A stretch of DNA of 64,000 nucleotides from an uncultured Rhizobium sp. (GTDB lineage: Bacteria; Pseudomonadota; Alphaproteobacteria; Rickettsiales; UBA1997), in assembly GCA_964444545.1 (NCBI GenBank), contig CAYUHG010000006.1, positions 6,581 through 70,580 of the forward strand, written 5' to 3'. Made by a program: the position numbers and the translations under genes. Shown one piece after another: positions 28,716 through 38,433 of this stretch. A model generated the notes under the pieces. That model was not told where the DNA came from and ran no database searches. It worked only from the letters and a program-made list of their open reading frames with translations. Position 1 is the stretch's first letter. Each line of letters begins with the position of its first letter.

Positions 28716-30257
28716 ATGGCTAAAAATCTGCACTTTATTTTTGGAGATCAGCTTTCGCATAATTTAATAAATCTACGACATTTTGATCAGAAAAATGACG
28801 TGATTTTGATGTGCGAAGTTATTGAAGAAGCAAGTTATGTTTGGCATCATCCCAAAAAAATTGCCTTTATTTTTTCAGCAATGCGCCATTTTGCAGAAGA
28901 GTTGCGCACTAAAGGATTCAATGTTGATTACGTAAAGTTAGATGATGAAAAGAATTTGCAATCTTTTGACGCAGAGCTGAAACGCGCTGTTACAAATCAT
29001 AATCCGCAGAAAATCTTGCTAACCGAGCCTTCGGAATATCGAATTTGGCAAAAGGTTTTGATTTGGCAAAAAGATCTTAAAATTCCTTTTGAAATTTTCC
29101 CTGATCCTCGTTTTTTATGCTCGCAAGCTGAATTTAGAAATTGGGCCAAAGGTAAGAAAGAATTACGTTTAGAATTCTTTTATCGCGAGATGCGCAAGAA
29201 ACATAAAATCTTGCTTGATGCAAGCTCTAAGCCAATCGGCGGCAAGTGGAATTATGATGCTGAAAATCGCAAAACGCCAAAAGTTGGCATGAAATCGCCT
29301 AAACGAATTTCCCATAAAAAAGATCAAATCACGCGCCAAGTTTTGGATTTAGTGGCAAAAAAATTTGCCAATAATTTTGGTGATTTATTGCCGTTCCATT
29401 TCGCCGTAACCCGAGACCAAGCTTTGATTGAAGCGCGTCATTTTGTTGAGGAGCTATTGCCAAATTTCGGTGATTATCAAGATGCGATGGTTCAAGGCGA
29501 GCCTTATCTTTACCACTCGCTGCTTTCTTCTTACATCAATGTTGGATTGTTGGAGCCGATGGAAATTTGCAAAATGGCAGAAAAATCTTACCACGACGGA
29601 CTCGCGCCGCTTAACGCTGTCGAAGGCTTTATTCGTCAGATTCTTGGTTGGCGTGAATATGTTCGTGGTGTTTATTGGCTTCATATGCCGAGCTATGTCG
29701 AGCTTAATTTCTTCAAAGCGCAAAATGATTTACCGAAATTTTATTGGGGCGAAAAAACCGCGATGTTTTGCGTTGCGGAAGCTGTAAAACAAACAAGGGA
29801 ACACGCTTATTCGCATCACATTCAGCGTTTGATGATTACAGGAAATTTCGCGTTGTTGGCGGGAATTAATCCGCAGCAAGTCCATGAATGGTATTTAGCG
29901 GTTTATGCTGATGCTTTCGATTGGGTTGAAGTTCCCAACACAATTGGCATGGCGTTGCACGCTGATGGCGGAATTATGGCGAGCAAACCTTACGCGGCGA
30001 GCGGCAAATATATTTCGCGTATGAGCAATTTTTGTAAATCTTGTCGCTTCGATCCCGAAATTACGGTTGGCGATAAAGCTTGCCCGTTTAATTCGCTTTA
30101 TTGGAATTTTATGCATCAACATGAAAACAAACTCAAAAACAATCAGCGCTTGAAGTTTGTTTATCCAACTTGGCATAAAATGGCGGAAAAAAAACGTGAA
30201 GAAATTTTAGCACAGGCGAAAATTTATTTAGAGAAACTAAAGCATAATCAACTATGA
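28716..30257 (+). CDS. Fe-S cryptochrome/(6-4) photolyase (FeS-BCP; PhrB/CryB type)
   Basis: IFGDQL, RLEFFYREMR, GGKWNYDAENR, HHIQRLMITGN, PYAASGKYISRMSNFCKSC and ACPF (four Fe-S Cys). Start at ATG 28716. Confidence 0.95.
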   Translation: MAKNLHFIFGDQLSHNLINLRHFDQKNDVILMCEVIEEASYVWHHPKKIAFIFSAMRHFAEELRTKGFNVDYVKLDDEKNLQSFDAELKRAVTNHNPQKILLTEPSEYRIWQKVLIWQKDLKIPFEIFPDPRFLCSQAEFRNWAKGKKELRLEFFYREMRKKHKILLDASSKPIGGKWNYDAENRKTPKVGMKSPKRISHKKDQITRQVLDLVAKKFANNFGDLLPFHFAVTRDQALIEARHFVEELLPNFGDYQDAMVQGEPYLYHSLLSSYINVGLLEPMEICKMAEKSYHDGLAPLNAVEGFIRQILGWREYVRGVYWLHMPSYVELNFFKAQNDLPKFYWGEKTAMFCVAEAVKQTREHAYSHHIQRLMITGNFALLAGINPQQVHEWYLAVYADAFDWVEVPNTIGMALHADGGIMASKPYAASGKYISRMSNFCKSCRFDPEITVGDKACPFNSLYWNFMHQHENKLKNNQRLKFVYPTWHKMAEKKREEILAQAKIYLEKLKHNQL

Positions 30258-31228
30258 CCAAACCAAGAATAGCAATAATCGGAGCTGGAATTTCTGGAAT
30301 TATTTTGGCGCGTGAACTGCAAGAAATTGTGGATGTTAAAGTTTTTGAAAAGTCACGCGGTGTTGGCGGACGCATGTCAACACGCTATGCTGAACTGTTC
30401 GCTTTCGATCACGGTGCGCAATGTTTTACCGCTCGTACCAAGATTTTTCAAAGATTTTTACAACCTTTTATTGCATCAAATGATGTTGCTCCTTGGCTTG
30501 GTAAAGCAGTAAATATCGACAATGACGGCACAATTACTCCGCGCTTTTGGTTTGAAACTCACTTAGTTGCCGCGCCAAATATGAATAGTTTGTGCAAAAA
30601 ATTAGCGGTTGGGCTGGATATTTCTTGCGGAGTTGAAGTTGCACCAATTGGCCAGAAACGAGGTAATCAATGGCATTTAACCGATAAAAATAATGCTGAT
30701 TTGGGAGTGTTTGATTTCGTAATTTCTACCGCACCGCCAGCTCAAACTAAAAATTTATTCGGCGCTAAATTCAATGTTAAGGAAGTTGCAATGCAGCCTT
30801 GCTACGCTTTGATGTTGGGCTTTAATCAAAAGTGGGATCGTGACTGGATTTTTGCTAAAGTTCGCCACAATCCGATCAAATTAATTGCGGTAAATTCGAG
30901 TAAACCAGCACGAAATTCTGAAGCGACATCGCTAGTAATTCACAGTCGTGAAGCTTGGACGAAGGAAAATTTAGAGCGCGATCAAAAAGAAGTTGAAGAA
31001 ACTTTGTGCCAAAATTTTACCAACTTAAGCAAAATTAATCATCAAGATGCCGCTTACAAATCACTGCATCGCTGGCGTTATGCTTTGGTTGATGAAACTA
31101 GAAATGAAACTTTTTTTGATGCTGAAAATAAACTCGCCGCAACCAGCGATTGGAGCACCAACTCGCGAATTGAAGATGTTTGGCTGGCGGCAATGAATTT
31201 AGCTAAATTAGTTAAATCTAACTTTTAA
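30254..31228 (+). CDS. Renalase-like FAD-dependent oxidoreductase (COG3380)
   Basis: IAIIGAGISG, FEKSRGVGGRMSTR, FDHGAQCFT, HRWRYA. Confidence 0.9.
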   Translation: MTKPRIAIIGAGISGIILARELQEIVDVKVFEKSRGVGGRMSTRYAELFAFDHGAQCFTARTKIFQRFLQPFIASNDVAPWLGKAVNIDNDGTITPRFWFETHLVAAPNMNSLCKKLAVGLDISCGVEVAPIGQKRGNQWHLTDKNNADLGVFDFVISTAPPAQTKNLFGAKFNVKEVAMQPCYALMLGFNQKWDRDWIFAKVRHNPIKLIAVNSSKPARNSEATSLVIHSREAWTKENLERDQKEVEETLCQNFTNLSKINHQDAAYKSLHRWRYALVDETRNETFFDAENKLAATSDWSTNSRIEDVWLAAMNLAKLVKSNF

Positions 31229-31916
31229 CTTTCGGACGCACCGAACCAAGCCCGCCATCAACTCCCAAAACTTGGCCGGTAATCCAGCTATTTTTTGGAT
31301 CTAAGAAAAAAGCAATTGCTGAAGCAATTTCTTCGGCGTTGCCAATCCGACCCAAAGCGTGCATTGCTTTTGAAACTTCCAGCGCTTTTTCGTTGCTAAC
31401 AATTTGTTTGGTTAAGTTGGTTTCTGTTAATCCGGGAGCGACAACGTTAAATCGTAAATTTTGTGACGCATAAGTTGCTGCTGCAGATTTTGCCAAGCCA
31501 ATAATACCAGCTTTTGCGGCGGCAATTGCTTCGTGATTTGCTAATCCTGTCATCGCAGCGGCTGAAGAAATCAAAACTATAGAACCGCCATTTTTCATAT
31601 ATTTAGAAGCAGCGCGACAAACTGAGAATGCAGTTGTCAAAGACGCTTCAATTACTGATGAATAGTCGCTTTGTGAAGTTAAATGCGCGCCTTTGAGCAA
31701 CAAATTTCCGCTTAAATTTACTACACCATCAATCTCGCCAACTTGTTTAAAAACTTCTTCAGTTGCTGCAAAATCAGCGGCGTTTAGCACAAAATCAGCT
31801 GTGATTTTAGAATTATCTCGCGCAGTTTGAACAACTTCGTGACCTTGATCTTTTAATAATTCAACCAGCTTCTGACCAATTGAACTGCTTGCCGCAATAA
31901 CTAAATAACGTGCCAT
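31218..31916 (-). CDS. Short-chain dehydrogenase/reductase
   Basis: [19 protein letters not shown] (atypical A in place of the YxxxK Tyr), [19 protein letters not shown]. Confidence 0.9.
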   Translation of the reverse strand: MARYLVIAASSSIGQKLVELLKDQGHEVVQTARDNSKITADFVLNAADFAATEEVFKQVGEIDGVVNLSGNLLLKGAHLTSQSDYSSVIEASLTTAFSVCRAASKYMKNGGSIVLISSAAAMTGLANHEAIAAAKAGIIGLAKSAAATYASQNLRFNVVAPGLTETNLTKQIVSNEKALEVSKAMHALGRIGNAEEIASAIAFFLDPKNSWITGQVLGVDGGLGSVRPKVKS

Positions 31917-31948
31917 ATTTAAATTTTTTAAAATTGGTTAATAACAAA

Positions 31949-32110
31949 ATGCCGCACAAAATTAAGAAAGAAAATTTGCCGCAAAAAATCTGTCAAATCT
32001 GTCAGCGATCCTTTGTTTGGCGCAAGAAATGGCAGAAAGTCTGGGATGAGGTGAAATATTGTTCTGACCGTTGTCGTCACAATAAATCCTCAAAATCTAA
32101 TCTACTTTAA
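31949..32110 (+). CDS. DUF2256 family small Cys-rich protein
   Basis: [37 protein letters not shown], 53 aa from ATG 31949. Confidence 0.9.
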   Translation: MPHKIKKENLPQKICQICQRSFVWRKKWQKVWDEVKYCSDRCRHNKSSKSNLL

Positions 32111-33403
32111 AGCAACTTTATACGCTGCCAAACAGCGTTCCCGCGCCAGTTTGTGATCAACAATTGGTTTGGGATAAAGTTTAGTGTCGATTTCTGGAAC
32201 CCATTTTTTGATGTATTTTAAATCGGCATCGAATTTTTCAGTTTGGCTTTCGGGGTTAAAAATACGGAAATAGGGCGCGGCGTCGCAGCCTGATCCTGCC
32301 GCCCATTGCCAGCCGCCGACGTTGCTTGGCATATCGTAATCGAGTAGTTTTTCAGCGAAATATTTTTCGCCCCAGCGCCAATCAATCAGCAAATGTTTAG
32401 TTAAAAAACTGGCGACAATCATGCGCACACGATTGTGCATGAAACCAGTCTGATTGAGTTCGCGCATGCCGGCATCAACAATTGGATAGCCAGTTTGACC
32501 GAAGCACCATTTTTGAAAATCATCTTCGTGATTCAACCATTGCACGTGATCATATTGCGGCTTGAAAGCGGAAGTGGCAGAATGTGGAAAGTGATACAAA
32601 ATCATCTGATAAAAATCGCGCCAGATTAATTCGTTAAGCCATTTTTCGCTGGTTGCAGCAGCCATTGACGCCAATTCGCGAATGCTGATGGTGCCAAAAC
32701 GCAAATGCAAACTTAAACGGCTAGTGCCGCGAATTGCAGGAAAATCGCGCTTCTCGCCATATTCTTCGATAATTTTTATGTCAACTTGGCGATTGGGAAA
32801 TTCAAAATCAAAATCGACAAAACCAATTTCAGCAAGGCTTGGAATTGGCAACGGTGCGCATTTCAAAAAGTTATCGAAATATTTTTGAGTTGGATAAGCG
32901 CGCAGATAAAATTCGTTTAACGTGCTTTTCCACTTGCGGCTGTAAGGTGTGAAAACGGTGTAAGGTTTTTTATCGTCTTTAACAATTTCACTTTTTTCAA
33001 AAATTACCTGATCTTTGGCGCCTTTAAATTCAATATTGCGTGCTTTCAGAAATTCGAAAATTTCACGATCGCGTTTTTGGGCGTAAGGTTCGTAATCGCG
33101 ATTGGTGTAAACTTGGTGAATAGTAAATTTTTGTGCTAACTCTTCGTAAGCTTTTAGCGGCGATCCGTGAAAAACCCAAAGTGATGATCCCAATTTTTCC
33201 AGTTCATTTTTCAAACGGGTAATTTCTTGGTGAATGAACAAAACCCGGGCATCTTTTTTATTTGATAAAGCGTCTAAAATTTCGCGATCAAAAATAAAAA
33301 TTGGCAACACTTTAAAACCAGATTTAAGTGCCATCCAAAGTGCGGCATTGTCTTGCAAGCGTAAGTCACGACGTAGCCAAAAAACTGCAATTTCTTTAGT
33401 CAT
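32102..33403 (-). CDS. phr: Class I CPD DNA photolyase
   Basis: [58 protein letters not shown]. Confidence 0.96.
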   Translation of the reverse strand: MTKEIAVFWLRRDLRLQDNAALWMALKSGFKVLPIFIFDREILDALSNKKDARVLFIHQEITRLKNELEKLGSSLWVFHGSPLKAYEELAQKFTIHQVYTNRDYEPYAQKRDREIFEFLKARNIEFKGAKDQVIFEKSEIVKDDKKPYTVFTPYSRKWKSTLNEFYLRAYPTQKYFDNFLKCAPLPIPSLAEIGFVDFDFEFPNRQVDIKIIEEYGEKRDFPAIRGTSRLSLHLRFGTISIRELASMAAATSEKWLNELIWRDFYQMILYHFPHSATSAFKPQYDHVQWLNHEDDFQKWCFGQTGYPIVDAGMRELNQTGFMHNRVRMIVASFLTKHLLIDWRWGEKYFAEKLLDYDMPSNVGGWQWAAGSGCDAAPYFRIFNPESQTEKFDADLKYIKKWVPEIDTKLYPKPIVDHKLARERCLAAYKVALK

Positions 33404-33923
33404 TTTTGCCGAGTAATTTTTTTGTTACTTTTGGAAAAGATCCGCGTTCATCAAGCCAAATATCAACAAAAAGTCGGGCTAATTTTGGATCAGAAATTTT
33501 GCCGATTAGTTGATTATTGTAATACATTTCGACACCTTTTTGTGGCGAAAATAATGCCACTTTTTCATCAGTTTTTTTGACATTAGCAAAAATTTGCAGC
33601 AGCTGTTGGTAGTAATTTTTTTTGTCTTCCGCGCTTAAAACGTGCAGATTTTCGATTTCTTCAATCGATCTTTTGGCCAATTCTTCTTTAGCAAAATTCA
33701 TGTTGTAGGTGAGGTGAATGGCAAATTTTTGCTCGTAAGAAAATTGCGCTTTTTCGCACCACAGTTCGGCGTGATAAACTTTCAGTCCGAAATATTTTAA
33801 ATCAGATTCTCCGATCAAAAAATTAGGCTGAAGATTTTGTGTAATAGCCTTTGGAGGTTCGGCAGCATTGAGCTGGACGCTTAGTAAAATTGTAATCAGA
33901 AAAGCGAAAATTGGTTTTTTCAT
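33396..33923 (-). CDS. Chalcone-isomerase-like family protein
   Basis: Signal peptide; YFGLKVYHAEL, LTYNMNF, FVDIWLDE; conserved neighbour of cfa/DUF1365 clusters. Confidence 0.7.
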   Translation of the reverse strand: MKKPIFAFLITILLSVQLNAAEPPKAITQNLQPNFLIGESDLKYFGLKVYHAELWCEKAQFSYEQKFAIHLTYNMNFAKEELAKRSIEEIENLHVLSAEDKKNYYQQLLQIFANVKKTDEKVALFSPQKGVEMYYNNQLIGKISDPKLARLFVDIWLDERGSFPKVTKKLLGKND

Positions 33924-33925
33924 CG

Positions 33926-35086
33926 CTAAATTTTTTCGAGTTCAAATTGTACAACGTCAGTTCTTCTGGCGGTGAATCCAGCAGCGCAATAACACAAATA
34001 AAAACGCCATTTGCGGATAAATTCTTCAGAAAACCCCAAAGCGCGAATTTTGTCGTGTTGTTGATCGAAGCGCTCAAGCCAAGTCAACAAAGTTTTGGCG
34101 TAATCATTGCCAAAAGCGGTTTCGCTGCGTAGTACAAAACCATTTTGTTTTGCCAATTCACGAATTTTAGTTTTTGAAGGCAAAATTCCGCCCGGAAAAA
34201 TGTGTTTTTGAATGAAGTCAACACGATTGACGTAATCTTTAAAAACCTCTTCATCGATGGTTATAATTTGCAAAACTGCGCGACCATTTTTTTTCAAATT
34301 GCGCTGCAAAATTTGAAAATATTGATTCCAATATTCTTGTCCGACAGCTTCAAACATCTCGATCGAGACGATATTGTCGTAAGATGAATTTTCTTCGCGA
34401 TAATCTTGCAGCTTAATGTTAACCAAATTTTGCAGATTATTTTTTGCCATACGCGCATCGGCAAAATCTTTTTGTTTTGGCGAGATGGTTAGACAAGTAA
34501 CTTGGTGATTATTTTTCGCTGCCATTTCAGCAAATCCGCCCCAGCCGCAACCAATTTCCAGAACTGAACTGCCAGATAATTTGTCTAAAATATTTTGATA
34601 TTTACGACGCTGCGCTGCAGCTAAATCAAGGTTTTGCGGATCAAACAAAGCGCTGGAGTAAGTCATAGTTTCATCAAGCCACAGCTGATAGAAATCATTG
34701 CCTAAATCGTAATGCGCTTTGATATTTTTTTTGCTGCCACGTTTGGTGTTTTTGGTAAAAAAACTGCGCAGAAAGAGCAAAAAAGCTTTGAATTTGCGAG
34801 CGTGAAAAAAATCTTCCAGCGTGTGGGCATTCAAAGTTAAAAAAGTTAGCAAAGCCGCTAAATCTTCACTGTCCCACCAACCTTGCATGTAACTTTCGCC
34901 AAAGGCAACGTCGCCGCCAGTAATTACTAAATCGATTAGATCAGGATTTTTGATCGTAATTTGAGCGTGTGGGCCAGAATTGGCAGCACGAAACTGCTTG
35001 GTTTCGCCATTGGCCAAATTGATTTGCAGCGATCCGTAAGCAATATTTTCGAGTGCTTGCCACAAAAGTTGATAATTTTTACTCAT
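33926..35086 (-). CDS. cfa: SAM-dependent fatty-acyl-phospholipid methyltransferase (Cfa family, UfaM-like)
   Basis: NIKAHYDLGNDFY, LEIGCGWGG, SIEMFEAVG, FIQKHIFPGG, WRFYLCYC. Confidence 0.92.
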   Translation of the reverse strand: MSKNYQLLWQALENIAYGSLQINLANGETKQFRAANSGPHAQITIKNPDLIDLVITGGDVAFGESYMQGWWDSEDLAALLTFLTLNAHTLEDFFHARKFKAFLLFLRSFFTKNTKRGSKKNIKAHYDLGNDFYQLWLDETMTYSSALFDPQNLDLAAAQRRKYQNILDKLSGSSVLEIGCGWGGFAEMAAKNNHQVTCLTISPKQKDFADARMAKNNLQNLVNIKLQDYREENSSYDNIVSIEMFEAVGQEYWNQYFQILQRNLKKNGRAVLQIITIDEEVFKDYVNRVDFIQKHIFPGGILPSKTKIRELAKQNGFVLRSETAFGNDYAKTLLTWLERFDQQHDKIRALGFSEEFIRKWRFYLCYCAAGFTARRTDVVQFELEKI

Positions 35087-35858
35087 GATTAACTGTGATT
35101 TTATGCGCTTGTGGCGCTGGTTTGGAAATATATCGAATTTTTTTGGCCAAGATTTTTACAGCTTGCCAATGAATCAAAACGATGACTTTTATCGTCATCA
35201 CAGGAATGGCAAAAAAGCTGCGCAGCAAAGCTTTGTCGGTTAATTCAGATTTCGTGCAGACAACGGAAGTCAGCAAATTTTTTTCACCGTCATCGCCCAA
35301 GTAATCGATCCAAACTGCGATATTTTTCCGATTAAAGACGAAGCGGAATTTGTAAGAGCCATCAACTCTAAAAAATGGCGAAACGTGGAATTCCTTCTTG
35401 GCTACAAACCATTGATTTTCCTGAAGAGGTGAATGGTCAGGATTGAAAACCAGATAGTCGTGATTCTCGCCAAAAGTGTTGTTAACTTCCGACAAAACGG
35501 CGATTAATTTTTCTTCAGCATCAAAACAAAACCAGAAACTTACGGGGCTGAAAACATATCCCAAAACCCGCGGATAGCTTAATAAGTAAATTTTTTTGAC
35601 TTTGTCGTTGAGATTTTTTTCGCGCAGAATTTGACGAATCCACACTTCAAGGCTTGAGTTATCTCGTTTGCCGTGATCGCGTCGATAAAATGAAAATAAA
35701 TTGAAGCGATCAATCAATAAAAATTTGGTAGCGATTTTATCAATTTTTTCGATGTCAAAACACAGATAAAAAACGCGATAAACGAATTGGTTAATGCTCG
35801 GACGCAAGCGTTTGTGCATTACGGTTGCTTCGCAAAGAAATGCAGATTTTATTGCCAT
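35079..35858 (-). CDS. DUF1365 family protein (UfaO-like)
   Basis: VMHKRLRP, YPRVLGYVFSPVSFWFC, EVNNTFGE, KEFHVSPFF, IHWQA. Start at ATG 35858. Confidence 0.92.
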   Translation of the reverse strand: MAIKSAFLCEATVMHKRLRPSINQFVYRVFYLCFDIEKIDKIATKFLLIDRFNLFSFYRRDHGKRDNSSLEVWIRQILREKNLNDKVKKIYLLSYPRVLGYVFSPVSFWFCFDAEEKLIAVLSEVNNTFGENHDYLVFNPDHSPLQENQWFVAKKEFHVSPFFRVDGSYKFRFVFNRKNIAVWIDYLGDDGEKNLLTSVVCTKSELTDKALLRSFFAIPVMTIKVIVLIHWQAVKILAKKIRYISKPAPQAHKITVNHE

Positions 35859-37141
35859 GGCGCCACAATTCCGATTTTGTTTAAAGCTTTGATTGCTGAA
35901 GCAATACCGTCTTCGTGAAATCCGTATTTTTGATAAGCGCCGCAAAAATAAATTCGATTCAAACCTTGAATCTCGTCAATCTTGCTTTGTGCTGCAACTG
36001 CCTCGCTGTCAAAAATTGGATGTTCGTAATTAAACTTAGCAAAAATTTTATCTTCGGCGATTTTCTGGTTAGGATTTAGTGTGACAAAAAGCGGATATTG
36101 GTGATCGATATTTTGTAAATTGTTCATCCAATAAGTGACAGCAATGTCGCTGCCGGAATCATTTTTATTTTTGGCGTAAACCCAACTAGCCCAAGCTTTC
36201 TTGCAATTTGGCATTACAGAAATATCGCGATGCAAAACGGCTAAATTCGGCTGATATTTGAAATTTTGTAAAACCGCTTTTTCTTGTGGATGAGGATTTT
36301 TTAAAATCTGCAAAACTTGATCGCCGTGAGTGGCGAAAAATACGTAATCAAAAAATTCTTCGCCTTGTTGTGATTTTACCAGAACCTTGTCACCAACTCT
36401 TTCAACTGCAATTGCGGCGTTGTTTAGCGAAATATTTTCGGCGCCAATTTTAGCGGCGATTTTTTTGACATATTCGCGTGAACCATTGGTCACCGTAAAC
36501 CATTGCGGTTGATCGGCGACTGTCAAAAGCCCGTGATTTTTAAAGAAGCGCACAAAACTTTGCGCTGGATAAGCCAGCATTGTTTCTAGCGGGCAGCTCC
36601 AAATTGCGCCAGACATCGGCAGCAAATAATATTCACGGAAATAATTTTTGACGCCCAAATCATCGAGCAAATTTTTCAGAGTGTAGCTGGCATCAAATTC
36701 GCGATTTAAAATATTTTCCGCCTCTTTGTTGAAGCGCAAAATATCGCACAACATGCGTAAGAATTGTGGATTAAAAGCGTTTTTTAATTGTGAAAAAACT
36801 GTGGCTAAATTGGTGCCGGCATATTCTAGCGCGCCATTGTTCACTTTAACGGCAAACGACATGTTACTTTTTTGATAAGCAACATCGAGAAGGTGAAAAA
36901 ATGGAGTGAGATTTGGATAAGTTTGGTGATTGAAAACTATGAAGCCGGTATCAACGGCGATTTTTTTGCCGTCGTAATTGATATCAACGGTATTGGAGTG
37001 GCCTCCGAGGTAGTTATTTTTCTCAAAGATTTTGACTGAGAATTTGTCGCTTAAAAAATAAGCGGATGCGAGTCCGGAAATTCCGGAGCCAAGAACTGCA
37101 ACTTTGGCAGTGTTCTTGGCAGTGCTCTTGGGTACTTCCAT
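35849..37141 (-). CDS. FAD-dependent oxidoreductase COG2907 (UfaD-like desaturase)
   Basis: VLGSGISGL, GGHSNT, VDTGFIVFN...YPNL, FFKNHGLL, YEHP, GFHEDG. Confidence 0.9.
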   Translation of the reverse strand: MEVPKSTAKNTAKVAVLGSGISGLASAYFLSDKFSVKIFEKNNYLGGHSNTVDINYDGKKIAVDTGFIVFNHQTYPNLTPFFHLLDVAYQKSNMSFAVKVNNGALEYAGTNLATVFSQLKNAFNPQFLRMLCDILRFNKEAENILNREFDASYTLKNLLDDLGVKNYFREYYLLPMSGAIWSCPLETMLAYPAQSFVRFFKNHGLLTVADQPQWFTVTNGSREYVKKIAAKIGAENISLNNAAIAVERVGDKVLVKSQQGEEFFDYVFFATHGDQVLQILKNPHPQEKAVLQNFKYQPNLAVLHRDISVMPNCKKAWASWVYAKNKNDSGSDIAVTYWMNNLQNIDHQYPLFVTLNPNQKIAEDKIFAKFNYEHPIFDSEAVAAQSKIDEIQGLNRIYFCGAYQKYGFHEDGIASAIKALNKIGIVAPWQ

Positions 37142-37144
37142 AAG

Positions 37145-37909
37145 TTATTTAATTTTATTGATAATTTTTAAGAAAATTGTGTTTGGCAGAATCCGCAAAA
37201 ATTTAAGAATGTAAGTAAATTTTTTTGGAAAATGGATCTCGAATTTTTTGGCATTTAAGCCTTTGAAAATTTCTTCAGCAGCTTGATCAGCACTTATGAT
37301 AAAAGGCATTTCAAAGCTATTTTTATCAGTCAAACGTGTTTTAACAAATCCCGGATTTATAACCGACAAATTAATATTGTGGCGGTTTAATTCGGGATAA
37401 ATTCCTTCGCATAAGTTTATTAAAGCTGCTTTGGAAGCCCCGTAAGCAAAGGATTGCGGTAAACCGCGATAACCAGCAACGGAAGCGATAAAAGCCAGAT
37501 GTCCGAATTTTTGGGCCTTCATTTTTGGTAAAACCACGTGCAGCAAATTCAGCGCGCCTTTGATGTTAACATCGATTGTTTCGTGAGCTTTTTGCAAATC
37601 AAAACCAATCGCCGAAGTTGGACTATAAAGCGCGGAAGCGAAAATTACTAAATCGATTTTTTGTAATTTTGTGATGATTTCGTCGCAAGATTTTTGCAAA
37701 GAAGAAACATCGCAAACATCAACTTGGCTGGTTAAAATTTGATTAGTCGCAGTTGGATTTTTAGTACGAATTTCATCACGAATTTGATTCAGCTTTTCGA
37801 TGCTGCGCGCCGAAATCATCAAATCAAAACCGTGATCGAAATATTTGCGAACCAAAGCTTCGCCAATGCCGTGACTGGCGCCAATGATCCAGCAAGTTTT
37901 TTTCTGCAT
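37145..37909 (-). CDS. Short-chain dehydrogenase/reductase
   Basis: IIGASHGIG, ASVAGYRG, YGASK, INPGFVKTRLT. Confidence 0.92.
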   Translation of the reverse strand: MQKKTCWIIGASHGIGEALVRKYFDHGFDLMISARSIEKLNQIRDEIRTKNPTATNQILTSQVDVCDVSSLQKSCDEIITKLQKIDLVIFASALYSPTSAIGFDLQKAHETIDVNIKGALNLLHVVLPKMKAQKFGHLAFIASVAGYRGLPQSFAYGASKAALINLCEGIYPELNRHNINLSVINPGFVKTRLTDKNSFEMPFIISADQAAEEIFKGLNAKKFEIHFPKKFTYILKFLRILPNTIFLKIINKIK

Positions 37910-38433
37910 TATAATTTTTTAAATGAGATGGTCAAAGTGCCGACGTTGAAACCGAATTTGGTCATTTGTGAAACGTTGATCGCAGTTTTTTGATCAACCA
38001 AATAAATCCAATCAACCAAATTTATGTCGTATTTTTTGCCATCGACATCGATTTTTAAAACATAATCCATTTTGAAAGCGTTGCCATATTGTTGGCCGTG
38101 AGCAATTCCAACAGTGTCATGCGCTTTGGCAGTAAAATTGTGATCGTCAGTAAAATTAATTTCCCAAACGCGTTGATCTTTTTTGCCGTCAGAAAAAGTA
38201 AAGTGTTCTTCTAATTTGCCGCTGTTGCCGTTCCAAGTTCCAGTCATAGTAACGTAGAAACTTTTGATCATTTTACCGCTGCGATCTTGCAAAATTCCGT
38301 GTGCTTCCAATTTGCCGTTTAAATATTGGCGAATGTCCATTTTTGGTTGGTTTTCCGCATAAACTTTTGGATCAATTGAAGAGCAGCCAAACAGAAAACC
38401 AAGTGACATAAGGATTAAAATTTTAATTTTCAT
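37909..38433 (-). CDS. DUF3833 family lipoprotein
   Basis: Lipobox LFGC; LEEHFTFSDG...RVW; INVSQMTKFG. Confidence 0.88.
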   Translation of the reverse strand: MKIKILILMSLGFLFGCSSIDPKVYAENQPKMDIRQYLNGKLEAHGILQDRSGKMIKSFYVTMTGTWNGNSGKLEEHFTFSDGKKDQRVWEINFTDDHNFTAKAHDTVGIAHGQQYGNAFKMDYVLKIDVDGKKYDINLVDWIYLVDQKTAINVSQMTKFGFNVGTLTISFKKL

